DNA of 63,842 nucleotides, counting the filler, from Octopus bimaculoides (lineage: Eukaryota): the NCBI RefSeq assembly GCF_001194135.2. It is 7 parts of 6 records of this genome, joined end to end, with 100 filler letters (N's around TTAATTAATTAA, not from the genome) between each part and the next. Parts side by side here need not be neighbours in the genome. Positions count along the whole stretch, not along the records: positions 34,729 to 53,500 come from NC_068981.1; 6 more parts are not named here. The stretch is one strand, 5' to 3'. Every line of letters starts with the position of its first letter. Within the stretch, counting starts at the first letter, position 1. This document shows positions 38,848 through 50,145 of the stretch, piece by piece. Both the position numbers and the translations under genes were made by a program. Under the pieces are notes generated by a model. That model was not told the DNA's origin. It ran no database searches and saw only the letters and a list, made by a program, of their open reading frames with translations.

Positions 38848-38888
<41 letters not shown>
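38655..38888. repeat. Compound (CAC/TAC)n trinucleotide microsatellite
   Basis: Seen directly; source of the spurious poly-His/Thr/Val ORFs. Confidence 0.95.
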
Positions 38889-38889
<1 letters not shown>

Positions 38890-39167
38890 ATCCAATGATA
38901 TTTATTTAACATTTTAAATGCATTTCTCAGAGATATTATGACAGTCTAGAATGAGCAACTTTCCGAATTATGACCTTCAATTTTGGTTTGTTTTCTGGTT
39001 TCTAAAAATCTGTTTCAATGTAGCCTGATGCAGAACAAAATCATAGGGTAACAGACCTTTCAATGCAGAGTGATACACACACACATACACACACACATAT
39101 ACACACACACACACACACATATCATCATCGTTATCGATGATGATGATGATGATGATATATCTAATTA

Positions 39168-39326
39168 CAGGGAGTGGCTGTGTGGTAAGTAGCTTGCTTA
39201 CCAACCACATGGTTTCGGGTTCAGTCCCACTATGTGGCACCTTGGGCAAGTGTCTTCTACTATAGCCTCGGGCCGACCAAAGCCTTGTGAGTGGATTTGG
39301 TAGACGGAAACTGGAAGAAGCCCGTC

Positions 39327-39330
<4 letters not shown>
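39168..39330 (+). mobile_element. Family A SINE head
   Basis: GGGAGTGGCTGTGTGGTAAGTAGCTTGCTTACCAACCACATGG..GAAGCCCGTCGTATA. Confidence 0.8.
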
Positions 39331-39371
<41 letters not shown>

Positions 39372-39373
<2 letters not shown>

Positions 39374-39668
39374 TATATATATGGTGGTTGTCTACTCCTT
39401 AAACAGAGTTTGACCACCTCCTGCACCTACACCTTAGCCCTTTCATGGCGTCTGATGTGGCTTTTTAAACCAGACAGTGTTTTGAAAAAACACCCACACA
39501 GATTGCACCTCTGATTTGCACTACCAATACCTGCAAGTAAGTTCTGCTCATTGTGGATCCTAACATGTCTTTTAAGACCCCCATTGGATTTGCAAACCCT
39601 CTGGCACACACCACATTCCAAACGTGTGCACAGACATATAATCAGAATAGCTGGATGAGGTTTGTTTT
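39372..39668 (-). mobile_element. 5'-truncated RTE LINE 3' end with two C2H2 fingers
   Basis: CGVCQRVCKSNGGLKRHVRIH..CNLCGCFFKTLSGLKSHIRRHERAKV*. Protein and 3' tail (AAGGTGTAGGT.CA.GA.GTGGTCA.AC.CTG..TAAGGAGTAGA.AACCAC) are homologous to 45730-46016. Confidence 0.8.
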
Positions 39669-39807
39669 CCACTAGGGGGACATCCAAGATGCTAGAAAGA
39701 GGTCATCAACGACCAAACCACTAAGAAAAATAATGTTCTCCATTATATTTCTTTGTGGTTGGGTCGTTGATGATCTCTTTCTAGCATATTGGATGTCCAC
39801 CTAGTGG
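39669..39807. other. 139-bp fold-back palindrome (67-bp arms, 6 mismatches, 5-nt loop)
   Basis: 39669-39735 is the near reverse complement of 39741-39807. Confidence 0.95.
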
Positions 39808-40298
39808 TCATCCCTTATACACGTGTAATACAATTTTTTCTGAATTTTCAGATTTTTTATATGCTAGGCCACTTGGTTGACTTGAAGTTATAGCAGAAGA
39901 CACTTCCGCAAGTTGACATGCAAGGGAACTGAACCCAGAACCATGTGGTTGAGAAGCAAACTTCTTGCCATACAACTACGCCTGAACCTGTCTTTACTCT
40001 CTCTTCTTTCTCTCTCTCTCTCTCTCTCACACACTATCTTTCTTTTTGCTCTCTATTTATTTCTCTTTCAGCCCAATTAAAGAAAGTCCAGCCGCTGTCC
40101 AACTTCAGTCGTTTGATCTGTGTAACATCATACAATAAAATGTTCCCCTGATGATCTGTTGTGGCTGAACATCTAATTGCATTTGGAACATCCACCGCAG
40201 AGGATGCAAATAATCACAAGGAAGAAATATACTTGGCGGAACAAAGGACATAAACTTGTGTTTACTATAATTTCTCTTATATCTATCTATCTATCTAT

Positions 40299-40336
<38 letters not shown>

Positions 40337-40564
40337 TCATCATCGTCGTCGTCGTTTAACGTCCGCTTTCCATGCTAGCATGGGTCATATACATATATAT
40401 ATATATATATATATCTGACTGTCTGTCTATCCATCCATTCATCCATCCATCTGTCCATCTATCTAGCAAAATAATTGAGATTCAGCTGAATTACATTGTT
40501 CAATTAAATGGAGTTGCTTGAAATGGTTGTACTGCATCACCTCTGGATATGCTGNNNNNNNNNN

Positions 40565-40604
<40 letters not shown>

Positions 40605-40744
40605 GTGTTGCTGAAGAGATACGATGCAACATTCAAAGGCATTTTGGATCGATGTTAAGCCTCTGCTGCCTTGTTTTCGTTTTAGGTAGAGGCAGTTTAC
40701 GTCACTGTTTATTTGGAAATTGTGTGTGCTTGTTAGTATTTTTC

Positions 40745-41000
40745 AGGCTTTCACATCAATGGCTCTGATCCCATCAAGCAGCCCAAATGTTGGTATAAAT
40801 ACTGGCACTGCAAACACATTGTGGGCCACTGTTCTATTGAATGCAGAGAGTTCTGAGGTCCAAATTTTCTTTATTCGGTTGTAATATTTCTTAGTGACAC
40901 GTGTGTTGTTACCGGTGCCATTGTAAGATATATTTTCATCCATCCCTAGATACCTGTAACATTTCTCGTCAAATATAGGGGAAACAGTCAAATCATTGAT
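40745..41000 (-). mobile_element. R4-like non-LTR retrotransposon RT fragment (domain 7 and thumb)
   Basis: CYRYLGMDENISY..RVTKKYYNRIKKIWTSELSAFNRTVAHNVFAVPVFIPTFGLLD resembles the R4-clade YKYLG..R.KKILKS.L...N...AIN..A.PV..YSFG pattern. Confidence 0.75.
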
Positions 41001-41790
41001 GGAGATGTATGTATGTATGTTTGATGCATGTATGTATACATGTATCCATGTATGTGTGTGTATGTATGTATGTATGTATGTATGAATGTCATTGTTCAGT
41101 TTTATTTCAAGATTTCTTGCCAATAGAGAAAGAACCAGCTTCTAACCTAGATCCAAGCCTCCTTCACTGGAATTTCAACATCAACAATAGGGTATTTTGG
41201 TATGTGTGTGTGCATATATGTATGTATGTATGTATGAATGTATGTCATTATTCAGTTTAATTCAAGATTTTTTGCCAATATGTATGTATGTATGTCTGTA
41301 CATATGTATGAGTGAATGTATATTTGTATACAGCTATGTTTGTATGTATGTGTATGTACGTATGAATGTATAACAAACAAAAGAATCAGAAGTCAATACA
41401 TGCATACGTATACTTTTGGTAAGTACCATGCATGAAACTGAAGGTTTAAACACTCAATGAAAACTTCTAGGATGGAATGACAGCATGTGTCTGCATGGGT
41501 GGTAACTCTCTGAACACCTGCTGCAAGAGGTGCTCATCGTTGCCACGTCTTTGCAAAAGAGTGTAAGACTGAAATACCAAATCCATGCTGCTTTAAGACA
41601 AACGTTCAAGCGATGGCACTGCTTGAAAGTGAATTGCAGACATCATCTACATACAAACACACATACACACACACACACAATATATATATTTTATATATAT
41701 GAGAGTGAGAGAAAGAAGCACAGAGAGAGAGAGTATACTATCTATGAGTCGTAATAGTAAAGTCTAAAACATACAGGTCCTTTTTAATTA

Positions 41791-42170
41791 TCTCACCCCC
41801 ATTAAAAAATTGGGTTATCACCCTCAACTTAAAAAATTGTTTAACCCTCAATAAAACAAAAAAAAAAGGAAAAAATTAATAAACATGAAAAGCGAACAGA
41901 TTAAACGTCTTATTGAATCTAATATTTTGATAACAAATCATACAAAACTGAAAAAATTAATAAACATGGAAGCTGAAAAGGTTAAACATCTTATTGAATC
42001 TAATAACATTTTTATAACAAATCAGACCATTCCTATTGAGGAGGCCAAACGTCAATAATGTGTTGAAGTATTGACTCAAAAAGGATCTAAGCCCTTTTGA
42101 TCCAGTCCCTCGATTTTTTAGTGGGGAGATAACCCAAATTTTTAATGGCAATTTTTTAATGGAGGTGAGA
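41791..42170. mobile_element. 380-bp MITE with TA flanks and internal tandem duplication
   Basis: TIR TCTCACC(C/T)CCATTAAAAAATTG at both ends, TA on each side (41789-41790, 42171-42172), internal ~80-bp direct repeat. Confidence 0.6.
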
Positions 42171-43297
42171 TAACCAAAAAGTACCAACATACATTCACAT
42201 AAACACACAAACATACACACACATATACGTACATTACACCCACCCACATATATATTTTTATATATATACGTATAAATATATTTAGATGACAGATGATAAA
42301 GCGTGCTACGGGGCGAGCAATTCCCCTGTAACAGCATCACTACCTTCTTGGGACTGTTGGCGGGAGCAAGGATACTGCAGTGTGTGCTGACATCTTCACT
42401 TTGATCTTTTGACAGTTGTAGAAGCAAACATCCTACTAAATGTAAATCGTGTGTGTGTGTGTGTGTATTTGCATAGATACGTCGATGTTGTTAATCATTA
42501 AAGTGGCGAGCTACGTTCTGAGTTCAAATTCCGCCGAAGTCGACTTTGCCTTTCATCCTTTCAAGGTCGATTAAATAAGTACCAGTTACGCACTGGAGTC
42601 GATGTAATCGACTTAATCCCTTTGTCTGTTCCCTCTATGTTTAGCCCCCTGTGGGCAATAATGAAATAGATATTAACTATTGGTCAGCTACAAAAAAAAC
42701 GTAAATATAAACAGAAATCTTAAACTTGCCGAATGCAAAACATGAACGAGTAATTTCACACTTACCCAGAGGAGTGAAAGAAGAATAGGAAAAAAGCCAA
42801 ATATATTAAGTTTTGTTGCAGCTGTTAACCTTGAACTGTGGAAGTCTAAAATTCGTAATATCACCGAGATAGAAGAAACGGCAACCTTCACTGACAAAAT
42901 CTTATCTGTCAACCGGGGGAACATAAACACACACATTCTCACACTCACAGATACACACGCGTATACATGCGTACAATCACGCGTACACATGCACGTAGTC
43001 GCCTTCTCACATCTATCCATCTATCTATCTGTCTGTCTGTCCGTCTGTCTGTCTGTTTGTTTATCTGTCTATTTATCTGTCTATCCATCTATCTATCTTT
43101 CCATCTATCTGTCTGTCTGTCTGTTTATCTATCTATCCATCCATCTAGCTATCCCTCTATCNNNNNNNNNNTGTCTGTCCGTCTGTCTGTCTGTTTGTTT
43201 ATCTGTCTATTTATCTGTCTATCCATATATCTATCTTTCCATCTATCTGTCTGTCTGTCTGTCTGTTTATCTATCTATCCATCCATCTAGCTATCCC

Positions 43298-43344
<47 letters not shown>

Positions 43345-43756
43345 CTCTGTCTATCCATCTATCTTTCTCTCTGTCTATCCATCTATCTATTTATCTATCG
43401 ATCCATCAATCTATCTTTCTATCTTTTATTTTTTATGTCCATTGAGTGAGAAAAATAAGAAAAGAAAATTACTGATATGTGTCCAGCCTAATCTATGATA
43501 CATTGGAACAACAGTCAAAAACTCATGCTACTTACATGTATGTATTTTCATGCATATAGTTGCATGTCTAAACATGCGCATACATACTTAAATGCTAAAC
43601 TTCTGGAAAGTTTTACAAATCATTACAGCTCCATTGACGACTTGAATCTGTAATCTTCTAATTAGCTTTCTCCTTTCTGGTTTTGAGAAGCTTAATTTCT
43701 CAAGATTGTTGCTTAGGCAGTTTGTTACTACAAATGTATGCATGTGTGCATGTATG

Positions 43757-43868
43757 TCATTATTCAGTTTATTTCAAGATTTCTTGAAAATAGAGAAAGA
43801 GCCAGTTTCTAACCTAGATCCAAGGTTCCTTCATTGGAATTTCAACATCAACAACAGGGTATTTTTGT
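43757..43868. repeat. ~110-bp module embedded in (TATG)n arrays; other copies at 41087-41200 and 41245-41280 (partial)
   Basis: TGTCATT.TTCAGTTT.ATTTCAAGATTTCTTG..AATAGAGAAAGA.CCAG.TTCTAACCTAGATCCAAG..CCTTCA.TGGAATTTCAACATCAACAA.AGGGTATTTT seen in two full copies and one partial. Confidence 0.8.
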
Positions 43869-44239
43869 TTGTATGTATGTATGTATGTATGTATGTATGT
43901 GTGTATGTATGTATACATGCATGTATGTATATATGTATGTGTCTATGTATGTATGCATGCATGTATGTATGTGTGTATGTACGTGTGTATATGTGCAGAT
44001 TTGTATGTTTTGCTTTATGTATGTATTCTCCTGCATATAGCTACATATCTAGACATGCTCATATATATTTAAATGAGAAACCTCTGGAATGTTTCACAGA
44101 TTTTTACGGTTCCAGTGATGGAGTGAATCTGTAGTATGTATGTATGTATTTATGTATGTGTGTGTGTGTGTGTGTGTGTGCAAGCGCATACACATGCATG
44201 CATGTATGTATGTATGTATGAATGTATGTATGTATTAAA

Positions 44240-44396
44240 TCAATGATTCTGGAAAATCAGATGAGATGGTGTGGCCACATTTTTTAAATGGCAGAGGAAA
44301 GCCGACCCAAACAGCTGTTTTATGGCAAACTTGCAGAGACACAATCAGTGTAAACCTAAGCAGACGTTCAAGAACTTCGTAAGGACCAACATGAAG
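44240..44396 (+). mobile_element. RTE LINE 3' region, part 1 (interrupted)
   Basis: SMILENQMRWCGHIF*MAEESRPKQLFYGKLAE / HNQCKPKQTFKNFVRTNMK resembles RTE LRW.GH..RM...RLPKQLLYGEL..G.RS.GRPK.RFKD.LK.NLK. Confidence 0.8.
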
Positions 44397-44640
44397 GCAC
44401 GGACTGCTCCAGCTTTCTTTCTCCCAGCATCCCTGTTTCTAGTACTTCTGCTTTCTTTGTACTCACCTTTGGCCATCTTCAGCTTGCTCATTTGCTCGTG
44501 ACTGTTCCTCCATCTTTTGCTTTCGTTTCTTCTGGTGACCCTTCATTCAGCTGCTGGCTTTTCTACGTTGTGGTGCTCCCTGCCTTGTCCATTTCCTCCC
44601 TCAAGCCACCACCTTCATACTTCTCAGCTTCCATGCAGTA

Positions 44641-45219
44641 TTTTCTTTTATTCTTTTATTCTTTTATTTGTCTCGTTCATTTGACTGCGGCCATGCTGGA
44701 GCACTACCTTTAGTCGAACAAATCGACCCCCAGGACTTATTCTTTGTAAGCCTAGTACTTATTCTATTGGTCTATTTTGCCAAACTGCTAGGTTACAGGG
44801 ATGTAAACACACCAACACCAGTTGTCAAGCAATGGTAGGGGACAAAAACAGACATACAAAGGAATGGCTGCATAGTAAGTAGATTGCTTACCAACCACAT
44901 GGTACCAGGTTCAGTCCCATTGTGTGGCACCTTGGGCAGGTGTCTTCTACTATGGCCTTGGGCCGAACAAATCCTTGTGAGTGAATTTGGTAGATGGAAA
45001 CTGAAAGAAGCCCGTCATATATATATGTATGTGAGTGTGTGTGTGTGCGAGTGTGTGTTTGTGTGTGTTTGTCCCTGTCACTTAGCGGTTCAGCAAAAGA
45101 GACCTATAGAATAAGTACTAGGCTTACAAAGAATAAGTCCTGGGGTAGATTTGTTCGATGAAAAGGCTGTAATCCAGTATGGCCGCCATCAAATGACTGA
45201 AACAAATAAAAGAATATAT

Positions 45220-45264
<45 letters not shown>

Positions 45265-45420
45265 GCTTTTTTCAGTTTCCATCGACCAAATCCACTCACA
45301 AGGGTTTGGTTGGCCCAAGGCTATAGTAGAAGACACTTTCCAAGGTGTCACGCTGTGGGACTGAACCCAGAACCATGTTGTTGGGAAGCAAGCTTCGTAC
45401 CACACAGCCATGCATGCACC
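44641..45420. mobile_element. Nested family A SINEs: a minus copy (tail 44641-44830, head 45255-45420) split by a plus copy (about 44860-45215)
   Basis: Block order and orientation: tail(-), head(+), tail(+), head(-). Confidence 0.7.
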
Positions 45421-45480
45421 TATATGTATGTATATTATATATATATATGTGTGTGCGTGTATGTATGTATATTATGTATA

Positions 45481-46016
45481 AAGTCACTTGAAATGGATCC
45501 AAAGGCCACAGAAACCCTTGCTTTGGATCAAACTGGATGGCAAACAAATGTGTGGAATGGAGTGAGACCTTTTGAAGAAACCAGGACGACCCATGTAAAA
45601 CTCGAAAGAAATTTAAAGGAAAATGTTACGATCAAGGAGAAAATGAATCACAACAACCTTTTTGTGTGCACAGTTTGTGACAGACCATGCCTTTCTTTTG
45701 CGAGGATCAAATCTCATTTGTGGACCCATGAAAAACGAACCGCTACCAACTACTCTGCCTGTATATCTGTGTATACCTTTCAATGCAGTTTATGCCATAA
45801 GGTCTGCAATTCTAACAGAGGCCTCAAAAGACATTTTAAGGTCCACAAAAATCAGAACTTAACTGCAGTTCTTGGTGGTCCAAAGCAGATATGCAATTTA
45901 TGTAGGTGTCTTTTCAAAACATTGTCTGGTTTAAAAAGCCACATCAGACGCCATGATGGATCTAAGGTGTAGGTACAAGAAGTGGTCAGACACTGCATAA
46001 GGAGTAGAAAACCACA
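45481..46016 (+). mobile_element. RTE LINE 3' end, part 2, with three C-terminal C2H2 zinc fingers
   Basis: KSLEMDPKATETLALDQTGWQTNVWNGVRPFEETR continues the part-1 reading (RTE W.TLALDRS.WR motif), then CTVC..HLWTH, CSLC..HFKVH, CNLC..HIRRH, stop, short 3' tail. Confidence 0.8.
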
Positions 46017-46310
46017 ATGTGTGTGTATGGGTGGGGGGGCATGCTTGCATATATTTTTCTCCTTTTCAGAATAAATTTTGACCAGCCACCTATTTGGCAG
46101 CAAGATAATGAAGGAGAGCATCTTGTTTTAAGCATCAGCTTTTAAATCTTACGAAAGTCTTGCAGACTTTTACAGTCTTAGATATTGCAATCATTTATAG
46201 CATTTGAATTAGGTATCTGAGTTCTCTCCCCAGGATCCCAAGTTCAGCCATACTTTGCTCCAGACGGGTTGGTACACAACCTGTGCCACTAACTGGTACA
46301 ATGTCAATAC

Positions 46311-46381
46311 CTGGGGTTAATTATTTCTCTAGGGTTAATTATTTCCCTAGGGTTAATTATTTCCCTAGGGTTAATTATTTT
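46311..46381. repeat. 18-bp tandem repeat CTAGGGTTAATTATTTCC, about 4 units
   Basis: Seen directly. Confidence 0.9.
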
Positions 46382-47029
46382 GCACCTTGGAACTACTTCA
46401 CATGATCACGTGATCAACCTGACTATTGGATGTTGTTATACATTGCTGTTCACGATGCACTTTGCATTGCTTTAGCTTTTAAATGATGCCACCCCACTGG
46501 TTCGACATGCAGGCCGGCATTGGTCTTGAACAGAAGGCCAGTCCATCATGAGGTCACTTTTTTACAGCAGAGTGGTCTGGGGCAATGTGGAATGAAGTGT
46601 TTTGCTCAAGAGCACAATGGATCACCTAGTCTGGGAATTGAACCTACAATCTAACGATCATGAGTGCAACACCATGACCACCACTACTTAATAGACACTA
46701 GAAACTTTAGAGCCTCTAAAACCATTTTTGTATCCTCTGATAAGACTTAATAACCTGTTTGAAGGTAATAACGATAAAAGTAACCAACTACTTCTCAGAA
46801 ACATTACTACTAAGTACCTGAGTACTACCGATAGGACATACAACTTGATAAATAAAGAGGCTATCAGTAGAGATAAGGGAGTTGAGTGCCGAGATAAACA
46901 TAGGCAAAAAGGTCACATGACCAGTTTTATAAACAGGTTGAGCTGCAGGTTTATAGACACCATCAGAACTGAGTTAAGACTAAACCACTGAAAAACTAAC
47001 CAGAAATATTTATAATTTTTATTGCCCAC

Positions 47030-47750
47030 AGGGGGTTAAACATAGAGGGGACAAACAAGAACAGTCAAAGGGATTAAGTTGATTACATCGACTCCAGTGC
47101 ATGACTGGTACTTAATTTATTGACTCTGAAAGGATGAAAGGCAAAGTCAATCTCGGCTGAATTTGAACTCAGAACGTAATGGCAGCCGAAATACTGCCAA
47201 GCATTTTGCCCAGCATGCTAACGGTTCTGCCAGCTCACCATCCTTATTGTTTTCAAATTTTGGCACAAGGCTAGCAATTTCAAAGGAAGGGGTAAGTCAA
47301 TTACATTGACCCCAGAGTTCAACTGGTACTTATTCTATCGACCACAGAAGTCAACCTCAGCAGAATTTGAACTCAGAATGTGAAGACAGATGAAATGCAA
47401 AATACCTAGGACATTAAAATTAGGGAGAATACCATCCTACAACAAGGGAACAACAGTAAATTCATAATCCAGGGAAATCATAATTCAATTAGTCATGTGC
47501 CATGGTAACCAAATTCAACATTGTGGGATTTTTATCTTTCAATTTTTAGATTCCTTTTAAGGCATTAGAGACTGGTTCCAGATTTTGGCACAAAGCCAGC
47601 AATTTCAGGGGACGAGGCTAGCTGATTACATTGACCCCAGTGGTCAACTGGTGCTTATTTTAGCAACCCCCAAAAGGATGAAAGGCAAAGTTGACCTCAG
47701 TGGAATTTGAACTCAGAATATGTTAACGGTTCTGCCAGCTCACTGCCTTA
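47030..47750 (-). mobile_element. Cluster of three family B SINE copies or fragments
   Basis: Repeated GAATTTGAACTCAGAA, ACGGTTCTGCCAGCTC and TTTTGGCACAA blocks. Other family B copies at about 2875-3105(+), 9720-9800(-), 13345-13470(-), 21620-21778(-), 29120-29360(+), 29620-29820(+), 42500-42670(+) and 62685-62845(+). Confidence 0.7.
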
Positions 47751-49689
47751 TTAAGGTGTTAGATATTGCATACAATCTTGCTTCTGTGAAGAGTCAGAAA
47801 CAAAACTGATTATGCACATAAGCAAGACTCTGCCCTTCATAAGCAGATCCGTTTAAACTAATTATTCTGTTCCTAACTTATTCAATGCGATCTTCATAAG
47901 ACAGTGCCAACATTTGAGACCTAATCAGTTTGTATGTATTGGAACCCCAAAGAAAAAGATCCCTAACCATGCTATCATTCTATATCAAGGTGATGATTCA
48001 AGAGGACCACATAATTGCAATGGTCATACTTTAGATAGTTTCTGTAAGAATATAACCACAACCTTCAGCAAAATAAGCTTCCACATTAGTCATAGATACT
48101 AATATCGGTAAGGTTAGCTTTTTAAATGATTCACAAGATAGAGAAACAGGTACCTTAAAAGCTCTTTTACAAACCCATTAAGCAAGTCGATAACTGTACA
48201 ATGCTATGTAATGCTTCACTGACTATATACTGGCAAAGATGTGTGCAGGCGGCGAACATAAAAAAATCTGATTTTTTCCTCTAAGAAGAGCACTGGATAG
48301 ATGGGCAACCTAGAATGGATAACCTAGTACTTGAGTTCTGGAATTTCCAGAATATGTTTGTTATCGTAAATCTGGTTAGTCTTCTTCAGCTAGGTTCACC
48401 GAAGACGAAATTTAGAATATCTGCTACAGCAATGCCTGTATATTCGGCTGATATGTCTAGCCATAAACAGAACCAAAATCAGTGGAAATGTTTTATATAA
48501 AAATTATAAATATATTTGTTATTTTCCAGCTAAGTAAAGCACTGTAAAGGTAGAATTATAAATATATACATGTGGTGCCACATAAAAGCACCCAGCACAC
48601 TCTTGGAATGGTTGGCATTAGGAAGGGCATCCAGCTATGGAAGTCATGGCAAATCAGACTGGAGCCTAGTGCATCCAACCCATGCCAGCATGGACAACAG
48701 ACATCAAATGATGATGATGATATATATATATATATATATATATCTACATACATACACACATACATACATACACACACACACACATATATACACATATATA
48801 TACATATATACAAACTAAGCTTCTTTCTGTTTCCCTCCATTGAATTCACTCACAACCCAGAACTTTAGTAGCAGTTCCTTAGTCAAGGTGCCGCGTGGTG
48901 AGACTGAACCTGAAACCATGTGGTTGGGAAGCAAACAACTTCACAACATATCCACACCTGTATAATATTACGTTTATCAATGCCTGCTGCACTTCAGAGT
49001 AAACTCTTTGCAAAATACAATAATGTTACCGAGAAACTAATTATGAAAATGTGCTTAGTTGCAAAGATACGAGAAAGAGTTTGGATGAAAGAGAACCGTG
49101 AGAAAATAACTTGTGTAAATATTATTTTAGCTAAGGTTGGTTTGGATTTGTACCTTTATATACCTTCCTTAGATCTTCTCTGCAGGGGGTCTTGACAGCA
49201 GTTCGGGTGGAGAAGGGGAGAGGAAGTGTCATCAAGTTGAACTGTTTGTATCATTTTGCATAAACATAAGTTCCGGTACTTTCTGCTCTGTTAGTTTCCT
49301 AACCACTTAAAAGCATTAACTATTAAATAGAGTTGCTAAAACGTTGGTTGAAGCAAAAGGACGCCTGAATACAAAACTGAAACCAGAACCAAAGGAAGTC
49401 GAAGATGGATTGTTTCTGCAAATATATTTTGTTAGATAACAGATGAAATTATTCAGATTTGTACTCCTCGCTTCTTCCACGTCCCTCCAACATTCCTCTA
49501 ATTCTTTCGTGAAATTCCTTTCTCTGTCTGAAACATCAAAACTTGCCTCAATGCTACAGAACCTTCTCTGTCACTAATTGTTTTTGGTGCCTCTTTAGTC
49601 ACATGCAGATATATCGACAACCTCTCGACTCCCCCCACCCTTGAAGCAGTGGAACATCAAGGATGAGACAGCAGGAGGTGGGGAGAGAG

Positions 49690-49848
49690 AGCTGCTCCCA
49701 TGCTGAGCTGGTACTTGCTTACAGCCAAGCAGATGGAGGCAAAGTGAAATGAAGCATCTTGTTTAAGGGCAAGACTTGCTGTCTGGCCCAGGAATCGAAC
49801 CCAGGAGTGCATGATCATGAATCCAATACCCTAACCACTAGGCCACAC
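49690..49848 (-). mobile_element. tRNA-derived CORE-like SINE, further family
   Basis: Minus strand TGGCCTAGTGG (A box) and GGTTCGATTCC (B box), then CCCTTAAACAAGATGCTTCATTTCAC. Related degraded copies at about 25640-25900(+), 46520-46690(-) and 52260-52390(-). Confidence 0.6.
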
Positions 49849-49869
49849 ATTTTCAATAAACTAATCTTC

Positions 49870-50096
49870 TATTTTTTATTTGTTTCATTCATTTCACTGT
49901 GGCCATGATGGAGCAGCACCTTAAAAATTTTTTTAGCTGAATGAATCAATTCCAGTACGTGCTATGTTTTGCCTTTTTAAGCTTGTTACTTATTCTGTCA
50001 GTTGCTTTTGCCAAACTGCTAAGTTACAGTGATATAAACACACCAACACTGGTTGTCAAGGGGTAGTTGGGGACATAGACACAAAGACACACTCTG

Positions 50097-50100
<4 letters not shown>
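49870..50100 (-). mobile_element. Family A SINE tail
   Basis: TTTCATTCATTTCACTGTGGCCATGATGGAGC..GCCAAACTGCTAAGTTAC..CACCAACACTGGTTGTCAAG. Further head fragments at about 39870-39985, 48815-48960, 51880-52035 and 52655-52800. Confidence 0.65.

Positions 50101-50145
<45 letters not shown>

Noticed and set aside
39427-39687. Stand-alone C2H2 zinc-finger gene (also the 45310-45972 ORF)
   Set aside because: Lacks TGEKP linkers and is continuous with RTE LINE sequence and its 3' tail; treated as retrotransposon.
42740-42915. Open frame ..RIGKKPNILSFVAAVNLELWK.. reminiscent of a MULE transposase C-terminus
   Set aside because: Too short and too weak to assign without an HMM search.
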